From Chiloscyllium plagiosum (Eukaryota): DNA of 64,000 nt. Position numbers and translations under genes: made by a program. The stretch is from positions 2,055,308-2,119,307 of the forward strand of contig NC_057735.1 of NCBI RefSeq assembly GCF_004010195.1, read 5' to 3'. Below the pieces are notes generated by a model that did not search any database, had not been told where the DNA came from, and worked only from the letters and a program-made list of their open reading frames with translations. Of the stretch, positions 13,211 to 24,580 are shown piece by piece. Numbering within the stretch: the first letter of the stretch is position 1; each line of letters starts with the position of its first letter.

Positions 13211-13403
13211 GGTTTTTTTGCAAAGTGATCTGATTGAAAATGAGAAACCCTCTGATCCTGTACCACATCCTGAGCTCCCGTACCCTTTGTTCAGGTTTGA
13301 GATAAACAGCCGGCTATCGAGTGAGGAGAGTGATGGGGAGATGACCGAGGAAGCTGAGAAGCTGGATTGTCACTATTCACGCTTTCATCCAAAGCCTCTG
13401 GCA
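13211..13403 (+). CDS. ATXN7L2: ataxin-7-like 2 exon (VFLQSDLIE...SRLSSEESDGE...EKLDCHYSRFHPKPLA)
   Basis: ttccacag acceptor, GCA|gtacgt donor, phase 2-0; SRLSSEE and LDCHYS..HP.PLA are ataxin-7 family motifs. Confidence 0.9.
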
Positions 13404-14526
13404 GTACGTACTCTATCAGTTCCGTTGCTCTCTTTGATGCTCATTTGTCTTTCTGGGAATGTTCATGTTTTAAATTCACCCTGCTGGAGACCAAATGAGA
13501 TTGGGAAACATCTGTAACTGGGTTGTCTTATTCAGTCCTTGCCATGAAATGTTTTTATTTACTTAAATGGAATGATACAGCACAGAACGAGGCCATTCAC
13601 GCCATCGTATGTGTGCTGACTGCTTGAAGGAGTGGTTCAATTAATTGTGTTCTCCTGCTCTTTCCCTTTAACTCTGCAAATTATCCTTCAGATATTATCC
13701 AACTCTATTTTGAATGTTGCTGTTTAATCTGCTTCTATCCCCCTCTCAGCTATGTATTCCAGACTGCAGTTGCTGCATAAAAGATAAATGTTCCCTGCAT
13801 TCACATCCCTCCTTCCTTTGGATGTTTTTCTAAAATCTATTAGTGCGAGCCCTCCTGCATGTGGAAATAATATCTCCTTATATACAATGGATAGTACTTC
13901 CAATTGCTTAGCACCTTCCCTACCTAATGACGTCCCAGAATCTGTGACCAAGAAAAGATATTTTCTGTAATGTTGGAAAACCAGCAGCATTTTTGCAATT
14001 TCCCACATCAACAGTGATTTAATGAGCAGGTAGTCTGTGTTAGTGATGTTTTAGTGATGTCTGAAGGATATTGGCCAAGATACTGCAGACAGCTCCCCTG
14101 TTCTCTTTGAATATTGTCGTGGGATCTTACCATTCACTTAAGAGGGCAGGTGGAGGTTCAGTTTAACATCTCATCTGAACATCAGCTCCTAATACAGTGC
14201 ACAGCTTTCTCAATGAGGACAGATCTGATGGTTTTAACACGAATTGCATCTCATGCACTCAAGTTCACTCACGTTCACTTATTCACTCCACATGGCTTTG
14301 AATTCTCCTGTACTAAGCCAGGGGAGAGCGACAGATTCTCCTGTTAGTTATGGCAGATACAAGAGATGTCATTTCTGTCCTCAGTATGAAGGCTTAGGAG
14401 GAAATCGACTGTTCTGTAGCCAGTGAAATTTTCAATTGAGTCCCGTCAATCACGACAGCTATTTGGAGGAGAGGGTTCTCCGTTCCCGTGTCGAAAGAGG
14501 TGCTGCCTAACGTTGGCAATGAACAG

Positions 14527-15094
14527 TGTTATGGACCAGGCCAGACCTCCTCAAAACTCTTTATGAAGGTAGCGCAGATCCTAACTTTTTCTTATTTTAA
14601 GGGAAGATGTGGGTGGATATTCCAGGAGTGATGCAGCTGTTTAAACCCCTCAGCTTTAAGCAAAACAGAATTTATTTACACACTACAGTTGAAGTATGAA
14701 CAAAAAAAAACAGACCTTACAATAACAACTATTTGGAAACCCAACCGACTGAAAATTGCAACTTAACGAAGGAGCCGTTCCAATCCCCGCAACAGCCCAT
14801 AAACATACCCCTTGGTAAATGAACACAGGCAAGAGAGATTTCAGAGAGAAGAGTCAGGCAAAAAACATCTGTTGAGGCATGGAACCTTGTTTACTGTAAC
14901 AGCTTCCCTGCTACCAGCAGCTCCTGACTGCCTGCTAAAACAAAATCTAAACAAGAAAAAAACCTGAACTGGCCACTGTTCTGCCATTGTTTAAATTAGC
15001 CACTTCCAGACATATCGGCACCTCGGCCTTTACGACCCCTCTTGAAAAAAAACCAAGGACAAAATAATCTTGGTAAAGGGGCAGCATTGTCACA
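14527..15094 (-). mobile_element. solo LTR (~570 bp)
   Basis: TGTTA...TCACA ends, flanks ACAG/ACAA, minus-strand AATAAA near 14671; a related terminal segment appears at ~28920-29015. Confidence 0.55.
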
Positions 15095-15232
15095 ACAATC
15101 CAATTTTCAACAAGTCAGAATCTTTCATAAATTGTGCACAGTTTAACTATGAATTAGAAGGTGGACTGGTATAACTTTAAAATATAAAAACAATCTCTGG
15201 AAATAGTGGGTCAGGTGGCATCTATGGGCTCA

Positions 15233-15537
15233 GAGAACATAGAACGTTACAGCACAGTACTATCCCTGCTATCTGTCCTACATCTATCACCCTCAATTTA
15301 AATCTATGTCCCCTCGTCGCTATCTGAGGAAAAAGGCTCTCACTGTCCACCCTATCCATCCCTCTGATGATCTTATATATCTCAATTAAGTCACCTCTCA
15401 ACCTTCTCTCTAACGAAAACAGCCTCAAGTCCCTTAGCCTTTTCTCGTAAGACCTTCCCTCCATACCAGGCATCATCCTGGTAAACCTCTTCTGAAACCT
15501 TTCCAAAGCTGCCACAATCTTCCTATAATGCGGTGAC
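15233..15537 (-). mobile_element. CR1 LINE 3' fragment
   Basis: ORF 15222..15554 ALERFQKRFTRMMPGMEGRSYEKRL...RGDLIEIYKI plus TTCTATGTTCT tail. Confidence 0.88.
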
Positions 15538-15767
15538 TTGAAATATTGGCTCATTGAGCTGAACCATTAACACTGCCCCTCTCGCTGCCAATGCTGAGTA
15601 TTTCCAGCATTTTCTATATTTATTTCAGATTTCCAGCTGCTCTGGTAATTTGCATTTGCAGAAATTAGTTGCTGATTCACCTCCCTAACCCAGCATTCCC
15701 TTCCCTCTTATTGGGGGCCAGCAAGGTTTACCAATCTGCATCTCACTGTTCCCTTTCTCTCTTCCAG

Positions 15768-15889
15768 TTTTGCACTTTCGGAAGCCGGATGATTAGTCGG
15801 GGCTGTTACGTCTTCAACAGGCGCTTTGATCGTTTCCGTATGGCCCTTAATTCCATGGTAGAAAAGCACCTGAATTCTCAGATGTGGAG
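15768..15889 (+). CDS. ATXN7L2: ataxin-7-like 2 conserved exon (FCTFGSRMISRGCYVFNRRFDRFRMALNSMVEKHLNSQMW)
   Basis: cttccag acceptor, AG|gtcaga donor, phase 0-2; highly conserved ataxin-7 family block. Confidence 0.95.
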
Positions 15890-16371
15890 GTCAGAACATT
15901 ATCCTTTTTCTTGACTGGATATTCTCTTATATTGAGATGTGGGTGGGGATTTTGTGTGTGTGTCTCTGTGTGTGTGTCTGTGTGTTTCTCACCTGCAAAT
16001 GAAAATTTATGTTGTGCTATTCCCAACATCAGCAATCTTGAACTGCTTTACAGACTGTGAAATATTTTTGACTTATCGCCCCATTGCAATGTCATAAATT
16101 GGGCAACAAATATAGGAACTATCCTGCATAAATGACTCTCTTAAACTGAAAGACAGCACCTTCAATAGTACAGTGCTCCCTCAGTCAGGCTCCCTTAATA
16201 GTCCTTCTCTATGAAACTGTATTACCCCTGGACTGTCTTAAAACCGTGCATTGCTACCTGTGTACTGAACCCCCATAGAGCACTGCTCACTCAGTATTTT
16301 CCCATCAACTGCCATGTGCTTCATCAGTGTTTCCTGTGAAACAGTGTTGCATTATCTCTGACTGTGAGGGA

Positions 16372-16850
16372 TTCCCTCTGGACTCCCCTCTGTACCCACT
16401 CCATGAACTGTTCCCTTTGGACTCCACTCTGGGCATTGTTCCCTCTGTGCACTGTTCCCTCTGGGCACTGTTCCCTCTGTACCACCCTCTGGGCACTGTT
16501 CCCTCTGTACCCCCCTCTGGGCACTGTTCCCTCTGGGCATTGTTCCCTCTGTAACCCCCTCTGGGCACTGTTCCCTCTGGGCACTGTTCTCTCTGTACCC
16601 CCCTCTGGGCACTGTTCCCTCTGTACCCCCCTCTGGGCACTGTTCCCTCTGGGCACTGTTCCCTCTGGGCACTGTTCCCTCTGCACCCCCCTCTGGGCAC
16701 TGTTCCCTCTGCACTCCCCTCTGGGCACTGTTCCCTCTAGGCACTGTTCCCTCTGCACCCCCCTCTGGGCACTGTTCCCTCTGGGCACTGTTCCCTCTGC
16801 ACTCCCCTCTGGGCACTGTTCCCTCTGGACTCCCCTCTGGACTGTCCCCT
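16372..16850. repeat. compound minisatellite (16-bp CCCTCTGGGCACTGTT interspersed with 12-bp CCCTCTGYACYC)
   Basis: Directly visible tandem units; explains the repetitive ORFs in both orientations. Confidence 0.95.
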
Positions 16851-16972
16851 GACCGTGTGGGGTTCCCTGTGATAGTCGATGAGAAGATCAGCCTGGATAC
16901 GGCAGTCTGGGTGTGCGAGTGATGGAGACATCTTGATGATATCTAACTCTTGTTCTTTTGATTTCATTGCAG

Positions 16973-17804
16973 AAAGATTCCTCCAGCCACGGATCCACAG
17001 AGCACGCCACTGGCTGTCCCAACTCCAGCCCCCTCCGTGCTTTCTCTCCCATCTATTTCGTCTATTTCTGGATCTCTGTCTGCCTCAGCTTCTTCCCCGG
17101 GCGTGGAACTGAAAGCAGCGTCCTCGCCTGTTAGCCTTGTTGGAGCTCGAGGCCCTCCTGAGCCACCGTCTGCGTGCTGCCGCGCACTCCCTCCGCTGAC
17201 CCCTCCAGCCCGCATTCCCTCCCCCTCTTTGAGTAGATCACCCTGGACCAAGAGCAGCCGGGCGCCTGGGTTTCACTTGGAGCTTGGTCCCATCGGCGAT
17301 GCGTCTCTGAGCAAACACAAGAAACCAGGGCCTGCCTCCTGTAACCTGCCCCCTCCCTCCGATTCCCCCCTCAAAAGAAACTGTGTGTTGAGTCTGGACA
17401 GGATAAGTGCTGCCCCTCCTGGCGGGACGGCCCTCCACCCTCCTCACTCGAATACCTCTTCACACAGGGTGAGCAACGGACTCGGTGCCCATGGACCCAA
17501 AGCAGGACGCTCAGGATCGACCGCAATTCTGGGCCTTTCAGGGAACTCCCTCAAAGGGAATGGCAGGACAGTAGAACAGTTTGGTCCCAAAAAGGAGGCC
17601 CGCTTGTGTGCAGCTCTCAACCCAGCTTCGCCCCCACAGCCTCCCACGTCCCCAGCACGGACCGAGGGCAGGAAGCGGAAGAACGCAGCCTCCTGCTCGA
17701 AACCCACGAAAATAGCCAAGGGCCCCGACGTCAGCAGCGTCCAGAGAAAGAGAGAGGAGAGCCTGGCAACAACACGACCTCACAGCAACTCTCACCCACA
17801 CAAG
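16973..17804 (+). CDS. ATXN7L2: ataxin-7-like 2 large Ser/Pro-rich exon (KIPPATDPQ...GRKRKN...HSNSHPHK)
   Basis: ttgcag acceptor gives W-R-K-I-P-P as in the family; 832 nt open in frame; KRNCVL and GRKRKN motifs; AAG|gtaccc donor, phase 0. Confidence 0.9.
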
Positions 17805-17849
17805 GTACCCCAAACTCTTCTCCCTCTGCACACCCCAACGAAATGGAGA

Positions 17850-20800
17850 GGATAGGAGCAGGGGTAGGCCATTCTGCCCTTCCAGCCTGCCTCACCGTTC
17901 AATACCAGCATGGCTGCTCATGCAATCTCACTGTCCCATTCTTGCCCTCTCCCCATCCCTCTTGATCCCTTTAGCCTCCAGACCCACATCCAGCTCCCTC
18001 TTGAATCTACCTAATGAACTGGCCCCAACAGCTTCTTGTGGGAGAGAATTCCACAGGTTCACAATTCTCTGAGTGAAGAAATTCTTCCTGATCTCAGTCC
18101 TGAATGGCTCACCCTCTATTCTTAGACTGTGACCTCTCGTTCTGGACTTCCCCAACATTGGAAGCATGCTTCCCACATCTAGCCTGTCCAGTCCTGTCAG
18201 GATGTTATATGTTTCTATGAGATCCCCCTCATTCTTCTAAATTCCAGCAAGTCCAAGCCCAGCTGAGCCAGTCCCTGGGGAAACCTATCAAATAACTCCA
18301 AGGGACGAGTGCTCCTTTGTAGCTGGATGCTCCTTGCCAGTGGTGCTGCTGTACCTGGCTAGGGAGGAGCAATGGTATTTGGGCTCCTCATCCCTATTTA
18401 TCATCCAGGGTTCCTTTTCCCCCTGTGAGTACGGAGTGTGTGAGTGTGTGCACGGGTTGGATGGAGTCATGTTGACATCCAGTTGATGGTACTGAGGTTG
18501 TGTAGCTCACTGCCAATCTCCATCCAGAGCAAATTTTCAGCCATTGTTGCCTCCCTTTTGTGAGAAGGTGGAGAGTTTTTACCCCATTTCTGAAAGATCC
18601 TTGTGACTGGCGAATGTGAATATCGGGCTGATAGTAACTGTCTGTTTGCACAGTCATTTAAAAGTTAATGGTGTAAAAAGAGGCAAATTGTGGTAGTCAG
18701 ATATCATTGAGTCATAGAGGTCTACAGCACGGAAGAAGGCCCGTCAGCCCATTGATCTGCACCAGTCAGAAATACCTTAGTCAAAAACCTGAACTGTTGC
18801 AATCCCATTTTCCAGCACTTTGCCCATAGCCTTGGCATCACAGGTGCACATCCAAATCCTCCTTCAATGTGGTGAGTATTTCGGTCTGTCCCACCCTTGC
18901 AGGCAGTGAGGTCCAGATCCCAACCACCTTCGGTATGAAAAGATCTGTCCTCACATTCCATCCCCCCCCCCACCACCAAAACCTCCTACCCTTTCCTAAA
19001 TCGATAAGGGGAAAAGGTTTCACCATGTCTACGCCCCTGATCATTTTAAACATTTCCATCTTGCCCCTCCAAGGAAAACAACCCCTATCTATCCAACCTC
19101 TTCATAACTGAAACTCTCCAACCAAGGTGATATTTTAGTAACTCTCCTCTGCGCCCTCTCCAGTGCAGTCACATCCCTCCTATAATATGGATTCTAGATC
19201 TGTGCACACGACTCCAACTGAGGCTTAACCAACATTTTATAAAGTTCCAGCATAACCTCCCTGCTCTTAACCTCTATGCCTTGGCTAAAAGAGGCAAATG
19301 TGCCTTCTTAACCATTTTATCCACCTGTCTTACTGCCTTAAGAGACCAGCGGGCATGCACATCAAGGTCCTCCTGTCCCTTGTGTATTCCCTTGCCTTGT
19401 TCCCTCACGCTTCCATTTGCCACTGATGGGCCCATCTGACCAGTCCATCTATATAAAGTACAAAACCTTATAGCACAGGAACAGGCCCTTCGGCCCTCCA
19501 AGCTTGTGCCGTTCCACATACTCTATCTAAACCTGCCACCTATTTTCTAAGGATCTGTATCCCTCTGCTCCATGCCCATTCATGTATCTGTCTAGGGACT
19601 GGCTCAGCTGGGCTTGGACTTGCTGGAATTTAGAAGAATGAGGGGGATCTCATAGAAACATATAACATCCTGACAGGACTGGACAGGCTAGATGTGGGAA
19701 TGATGCCATCGTTCCCACCCCTAACACCCCCGCTGGCAACGCATTCCAGGCACCCGCACCCTCTGCGTAAAGAACCTTTCACATATATCTCCCCTAAACT
19801 TTTTCCCACTCACTTTGAACTCGTGATCCCTACTAATTGAGGCCCCACTCTTGGAAAAAGTTTCTTGCTATCCACCCTGTCTACACCGCTCATGATTTTG
19901 TAGGCCTCAATCAGGTCCCCCCTCAAATTCCTTCTTTCTAATGAAAATAATCCTAATCTACTCAACCTCTCCTCATAGCTAGCACCCTCCATACTAGGCA
20001 ACATCCTGGTGAACCTCCTCTGCACCCTCTCCAAAGCATCCACATCCTTTTGGTAATGTGGCGACCAGAACTGTATGTAGTATTCCAAATGTGGCCGAAC
20101 CAAAGTCTTATACTATTGTAACATGACCTGCCAACTGTTGTACTCAATACCCTGTCCGATGAAGGAAAGCATGCAGTATACCTTCTTGACCACTGACCAC
20201 TGAACTGACCTGTGTTGCCACTTTCAGGGAACAATGGACCTGAACACCCTGATCTCTCTGTACATCAATTTTCCCCAGGACTTTTCCATTTACTGTATAG
20301 TTCGCTCTGGAAATGCATTTGCCTGGATTGAACTCCATCTGCCATTTCTGTGCCCGACTCTCCAATCTATCTATATTCTGCTGTATTCTCTGACAGTCCT
20401 CTTCACTATCTTAGTGTCATCTGCAAAGTTGCTAATGAGGCAACTTACACCTTCTCCAAATCATTTATGTATATCATAAACAACAGTGGTCCCAGCATGG
20501 ATCCCTGTGGGACATCACTGATGACAGGTCTCCATTTTGAGAAGCGCCCTATTATATCCTCCTATAATCTAAGATTATCCTTCTCATTGTTTACCAACAC
20601 CATTTTTTGTATCATCCGCAAACTTAGTGATCAAGCCCCTCCCTTATATTTAAGTCTAAACCATTTATATGGATCACAACAGCAAGGGATCCAAAACTGA
20701 TAACTGTGGAATCCCACTGGACTCAGACTTCCAGTCACAAAAAGACCTTGCGGTCATCATCTTTCTGCCACTCAGCCAATTCTGGGGCCAATTGACCAAA

Positions 20801-21105
20801 TTTCCTCTGATGCCAAGGGATTTGACCTTCACTATCACTCTCCCATGCAGGACCTTACCAAAAGCCTTGCTGAAGGCCAAGTTTATTACATTCAATGCAT
20901 TGCCCTCATGTACAGATCTGGTCACGTCTTCAAAGCATTCAATCAAGTTGGTCTCCCTTTAACAAGACCATGCTGGTTGTCTTTAATTAATCCCTGTTTT
21001 TCCAAGTGCAAATTATTTCAGTCCCTCAGAATTGATTCCAGTAGTTTCCCACCACTGAGGTTAGACTGACCATCTTGTAGTTTCCTGGCTTACCCTTTGC
21101 TCCCT
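17850..21105 (-). mobile_element. cluster of at least four CR1 LINE fragments (17850-18276, 18710-19380, 19466-20545, 20590-21105)
   Basis: ORFs with VRPHLEYYIQFWSPHY, RGDLIEAYKIM, FFTQRIVNLWNSLP and FSKAFGKVLH motifs. Confidence 0.9.
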
Positions 21106-21884
21106 GAGCAGAAAGCTGAATTAGTGTTTTCTAAATAGGGGGAAGTTCAGAACTGTAAAGGAATGGAGAGATTTCAAGATCTAAGCAGGAACGAAGGGAA
21201 ATCTAGAGGACAGATTGAGAAATATTTCCAAAGACTAATGGAGCATTGGCCTTTCTCTCAAGGGACTGGAGTACAATTATGCTGCGGCTGTACAGAGTGG
21301 GAAGACTTTTCCAATACCTTTCCATTCAAGCCAGGCTATTCCGGTGGGGGTTGTCAAGAAGTACATTTTCACCCAAAAAGTAGGATTCTGGTGAAGGAAA
21401 CGACAGATGGATGAGCTCATGATGGAACTAGGATGAACCTTATAAAATCAGGGTGTGATTCAACTGGACGCCAGCGTAGGTCATTGAGCAGGGGCACCTC
21501 CAGGGTGGATGCACATCCATAACCAGTGTGTAACTTGGAAGCCTTGTCTCTGCTGTGCTCGATGGTGTTGGTTTCAGAGGAGAGAAAAAAAACCTGTGAC
21601 TAACCATGTATGAGAGTTTCTGGCATGTGCAAAGTGCTAGCCAGAGTTTGGGCATTTGAAACAATCATTAATCTCACCTTAAACAAGCAAATTCTTTCTT
21701 GCTTCTAGCCTCTGCGGAGGAGCACCATGTTTTCAGATGGAGGATTAAACGTAGAGTTGATCAATCTATACCATGCGTGTAGGACTAGGAATTGAATACT
21801 TTCCTTTGTCTTTCCACTGAATTGGTGATCCTCAGTTAATGTGATCTCATTTCTCCACATCTGAAACGTTCTGGTCACATCACC

Positions 21885-22230
21885 TGTGACTCAGTGGATA
21901 GTCAGAAGCAACAGTTTACCTCTGATTTTGAAGATCACTGGTTAAAGCCCCAATTCAGAGACTCAAAACACACAGCCGAGGCTGCCCCTCTGCAGCATTG
22001 CGAAAATGTTGTATAGACACAGGCTCTGTCTTTCAGATAAGACACTAAACCACCTGCCCTCTCAGGTGGATTTAAATGATCCCATGGCACCATTCCAAAG
22101 AGGATCAAGTGTACGGGGTCAATATTTACATCTCAACCAACATCACTTGGAGAGATTATTTAGTCACTATTTCGTTGCATTTTGTGGTGGTTTATTGTGT
22201 GAAAATTGTTATGTTTCTTACATTATACTC
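21885..22230 (+). mobile_element. Deu-domain SINE-like remnant
   Basis: GTCTTTCAGATAAGACACTAAACC...TGCCCTCTCAGGTGGA...GATCCCATGGCAC...CAATATTTA resembles the DeuSINE core; similar remnants at ~13900-14200, ~32000-32660 and ~61900-62080. Confidence 0.6.
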
Positions 22231-22249
22231 TTCAGAAATACTATAGAGA

Positions 22250-22815
22250 TATTGCCAGGGTTGGAGGATTTGAGCTATAGGGAGAGGCTGAATAGGCTAG
22301 GACTGTTTTCCCTGGAGTGTTGGGGGCTGAGGGGTGACCTTATAGAGGTTTACAAAATTATGAGGGAAATAGATAGGGTAAATAGACAGGCTCTTTTCCC
22401 TGGGGTGGGGGAGTCCAGAACTAGAGGGGAAAGATATAAAAGGGACTTCAGGGGCAACCTTTTTACACAGAGGGTGGTACGTGTATGGAATGAGCTGCCA
22501 GAGGAAGTGGTGGAGGCTGGTCCAGTTGCAACATTTAAAAGGCATCTGGATGGGTATATGAATAGGAAGGGGTTAGAGGGAGATGGGCCAAGTGCTGGCA
22601 AATGGGACTAGATTAGTTTAAGATATCTGGTTGGCACGGACGAGTTGGACTGAAAGGTCTGCTTTTGTGCTGTACAAATCTATGACTCTACGAGTGCTCT
22701 GGGGAAAGGGGCTGGGTGCTGGCAGGTGGGACTAGATTGGTTTGGCATATCTGGTCAGCATGGACGAGTTGGACTGAAGTGTCTGTTTCTGTGCAGTACA
22801 TTTCTATGACTCTAT
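22250..22815 (+). mobile_element. CR1 3' end with a second tandem 3' tail
   Basis: LPGLEDLSYRERLNRLGLFSLE...WNELPEEVVEAG; two successive 3' UTRs each ending TCTATGACTCTA. Confidence 0.88.
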
Positions 22816-22904
22816 GTCCCGTAGTTGTGAAAATAAAAATGCACATTCTGAGAGTGAGTTTGTTTCCTCAGCGTTAATCTTTCTTTTCCTCCTATCATCT
22901 CCAG

Positions 22905-22922
22905 GCAAAAGTGCGTCCCTGA
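22905..22922 (+). CDS. ATXN7L2: ataxin-7-like 2 terminal coding exon (AKVRP*)
   Basis: Long polypyrimidine tract plus ctccag, phase 0; AKVRP-stop resembles the short PKARP C-terminus of ataxin-7. Confidence 0.75.
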   Translation, partial: AKVRP

Positions 22923-24224
22923 TGACAAGTTGGTCCTAGTTTCCCAGAAACGTCCATCCATCAGTTGCCACCTCCAGACCTTCACTCACACAAACCGGAC
23001 ATCGTCCAGGCTATTGGGAAGTCTGCTGCGCCACAGGCTGTTTATGCACAAATCACTGCAGACCCTCACACTAGCCGCCTTAGTCGGTATGAACTATTTT
23101 GTTGACCTTTGTGTCTGTAGCAGGAGTCACTGCACCTTGTCATCCATTTGTTTTGTTTGTTCTCTGCTTCCGATCTGTCCACTCCGAGGTTACACCTTTG
23201 TGGTTGTTTAACGTGGCATCCTTGCTGTGCACTGGTAGGAAGAGGGGCAGTTTCCAAATGCGTGCCAAATGGTTGGTGAGGTGCATATTCAGTGATTTGG
23301 CCTCCAGAACAGTGGAGAGTGAAGGGAAGTGTTCCGACCATGTCTTCAGTCTGGGTGCCCAGCATCGGGCCCAGGTCTCCTGATGGCATTGTGCCTTCCC
23401 CCTGTCCCCTCCTCCACCCCTGTCTCCTGACCCACACCAGGGGTCAATCCCTTAGGTGCCGGACACCTGTTGGGGGTAATTTCTCCGGGGAGCCGTTCCT
23501 CTCAAGTGACTCCCAGGTGATTCAGCATCATGGTCAAGAACAAGAGCCGACCTCACGCCCAGTCCACTGAGGCTCTGCATTGTATCCCTGTTGCTCCCTT
23601 AGTCACCATATTGGGCATTGCCCATTCCTCATATTGAGCAGTCTCGGTGAGGGCTGAAGGTTAAGGGACAATGGCTGTCACCAATTTGATGTTCTTACTG
23701 AATTGGAAGAACCAGAATGTGTCAATCACAAATCCAAGAGTCAGGAGAAAGACGACGCACAGGATCTGGAGATGAATGGGTTGCTTTTTTTTTACCGTTT
23801 CTCAACATATTACATAATGAAGAAGCCACAATGTCACCATTTCCCAGAATGCAGGTCTGGCATGGAAGATTTCTTTTCAAGAATCTCTTCTTGCCTGTGC
23901 AATCCTTACAGACTGAGGTAGAATCCTCTGAGCCAAGGAATGCTTTGATCTCTGGTAACTAGTAATAATGTTTGCCCTTAAAACATGATTGCAAATAATA
24001 CCTTGGCTGTCTGCCACTTGGTGATAGTGTCACCATCAGTGACCCTGTAATTGCATTAATTATGGAAGCATGTTATTAACTTCCTGCCCCCTCACTACAA
24101 CTGAAGTCTTTTGAAAGTTCTAACTGTCGTACAACATGTCTGCCCAGTACTGGGTGACACTGCCAACATGTATTTGTTAAAGTGCATTACCTAAGATTGT
24201 ACATTGGCTCCATGTGGTATTTGT

Positions 24225-24580
24225 CTTTATTCATTCATGGGAGGTGGACATCACTGGCTAGGCCAGCCATTTAATGCCCATCCCTAATTGCCCAGAAGAC
24301 AGTTAAAACAGTTAAGAGTCAACCCCATTTCTGTGGGATTGGAGTCATTTGTAGACCAGACCAGGTAAGGATGGCGGCTTCCTTACCTGAAGGATGTGAG
24401 TGAATTAGATGGGTTTTTCCAACAAGTGATAGTTTCATGGTTATCATTAGACTCTCAATTCCAAATTTTACTGAATTCAAATTCTACCATCTGCCATGAT
24501 TCAAATCTGGGTTCCCAAACACTACTTGAGTTTCTGAATTAATAGTCTACCTATTGAACCGCTGGCTATCACAGTCCCCA
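24225..24580 (-). mobile_element. unclassified interspersed repeat (retroposon-like)
   Basis: Shares CAGTTAAGAGTCAACC..ATT.CTGTGGG...AGACCAGGTAAGGATGGC with copies at 25925-26200 and 29143-29465, and inverted at ~51860-52110. Confidence 0.7.

Noticed and set aside
16305-16967. Several 130-160 aa repetitive ORFs on both strands
   Set aside because: Artefacts of a stop-poor minisatellite inside an ATXN7L2 intron.
6842-22922. Assignment as ATXN7 or ATXN7L1
   Set aside because: The FGHCPAHD zinc-finger sequence and adjacency to CYB561D1 fit ATXN7L2 better; a phylogeny would confirm.
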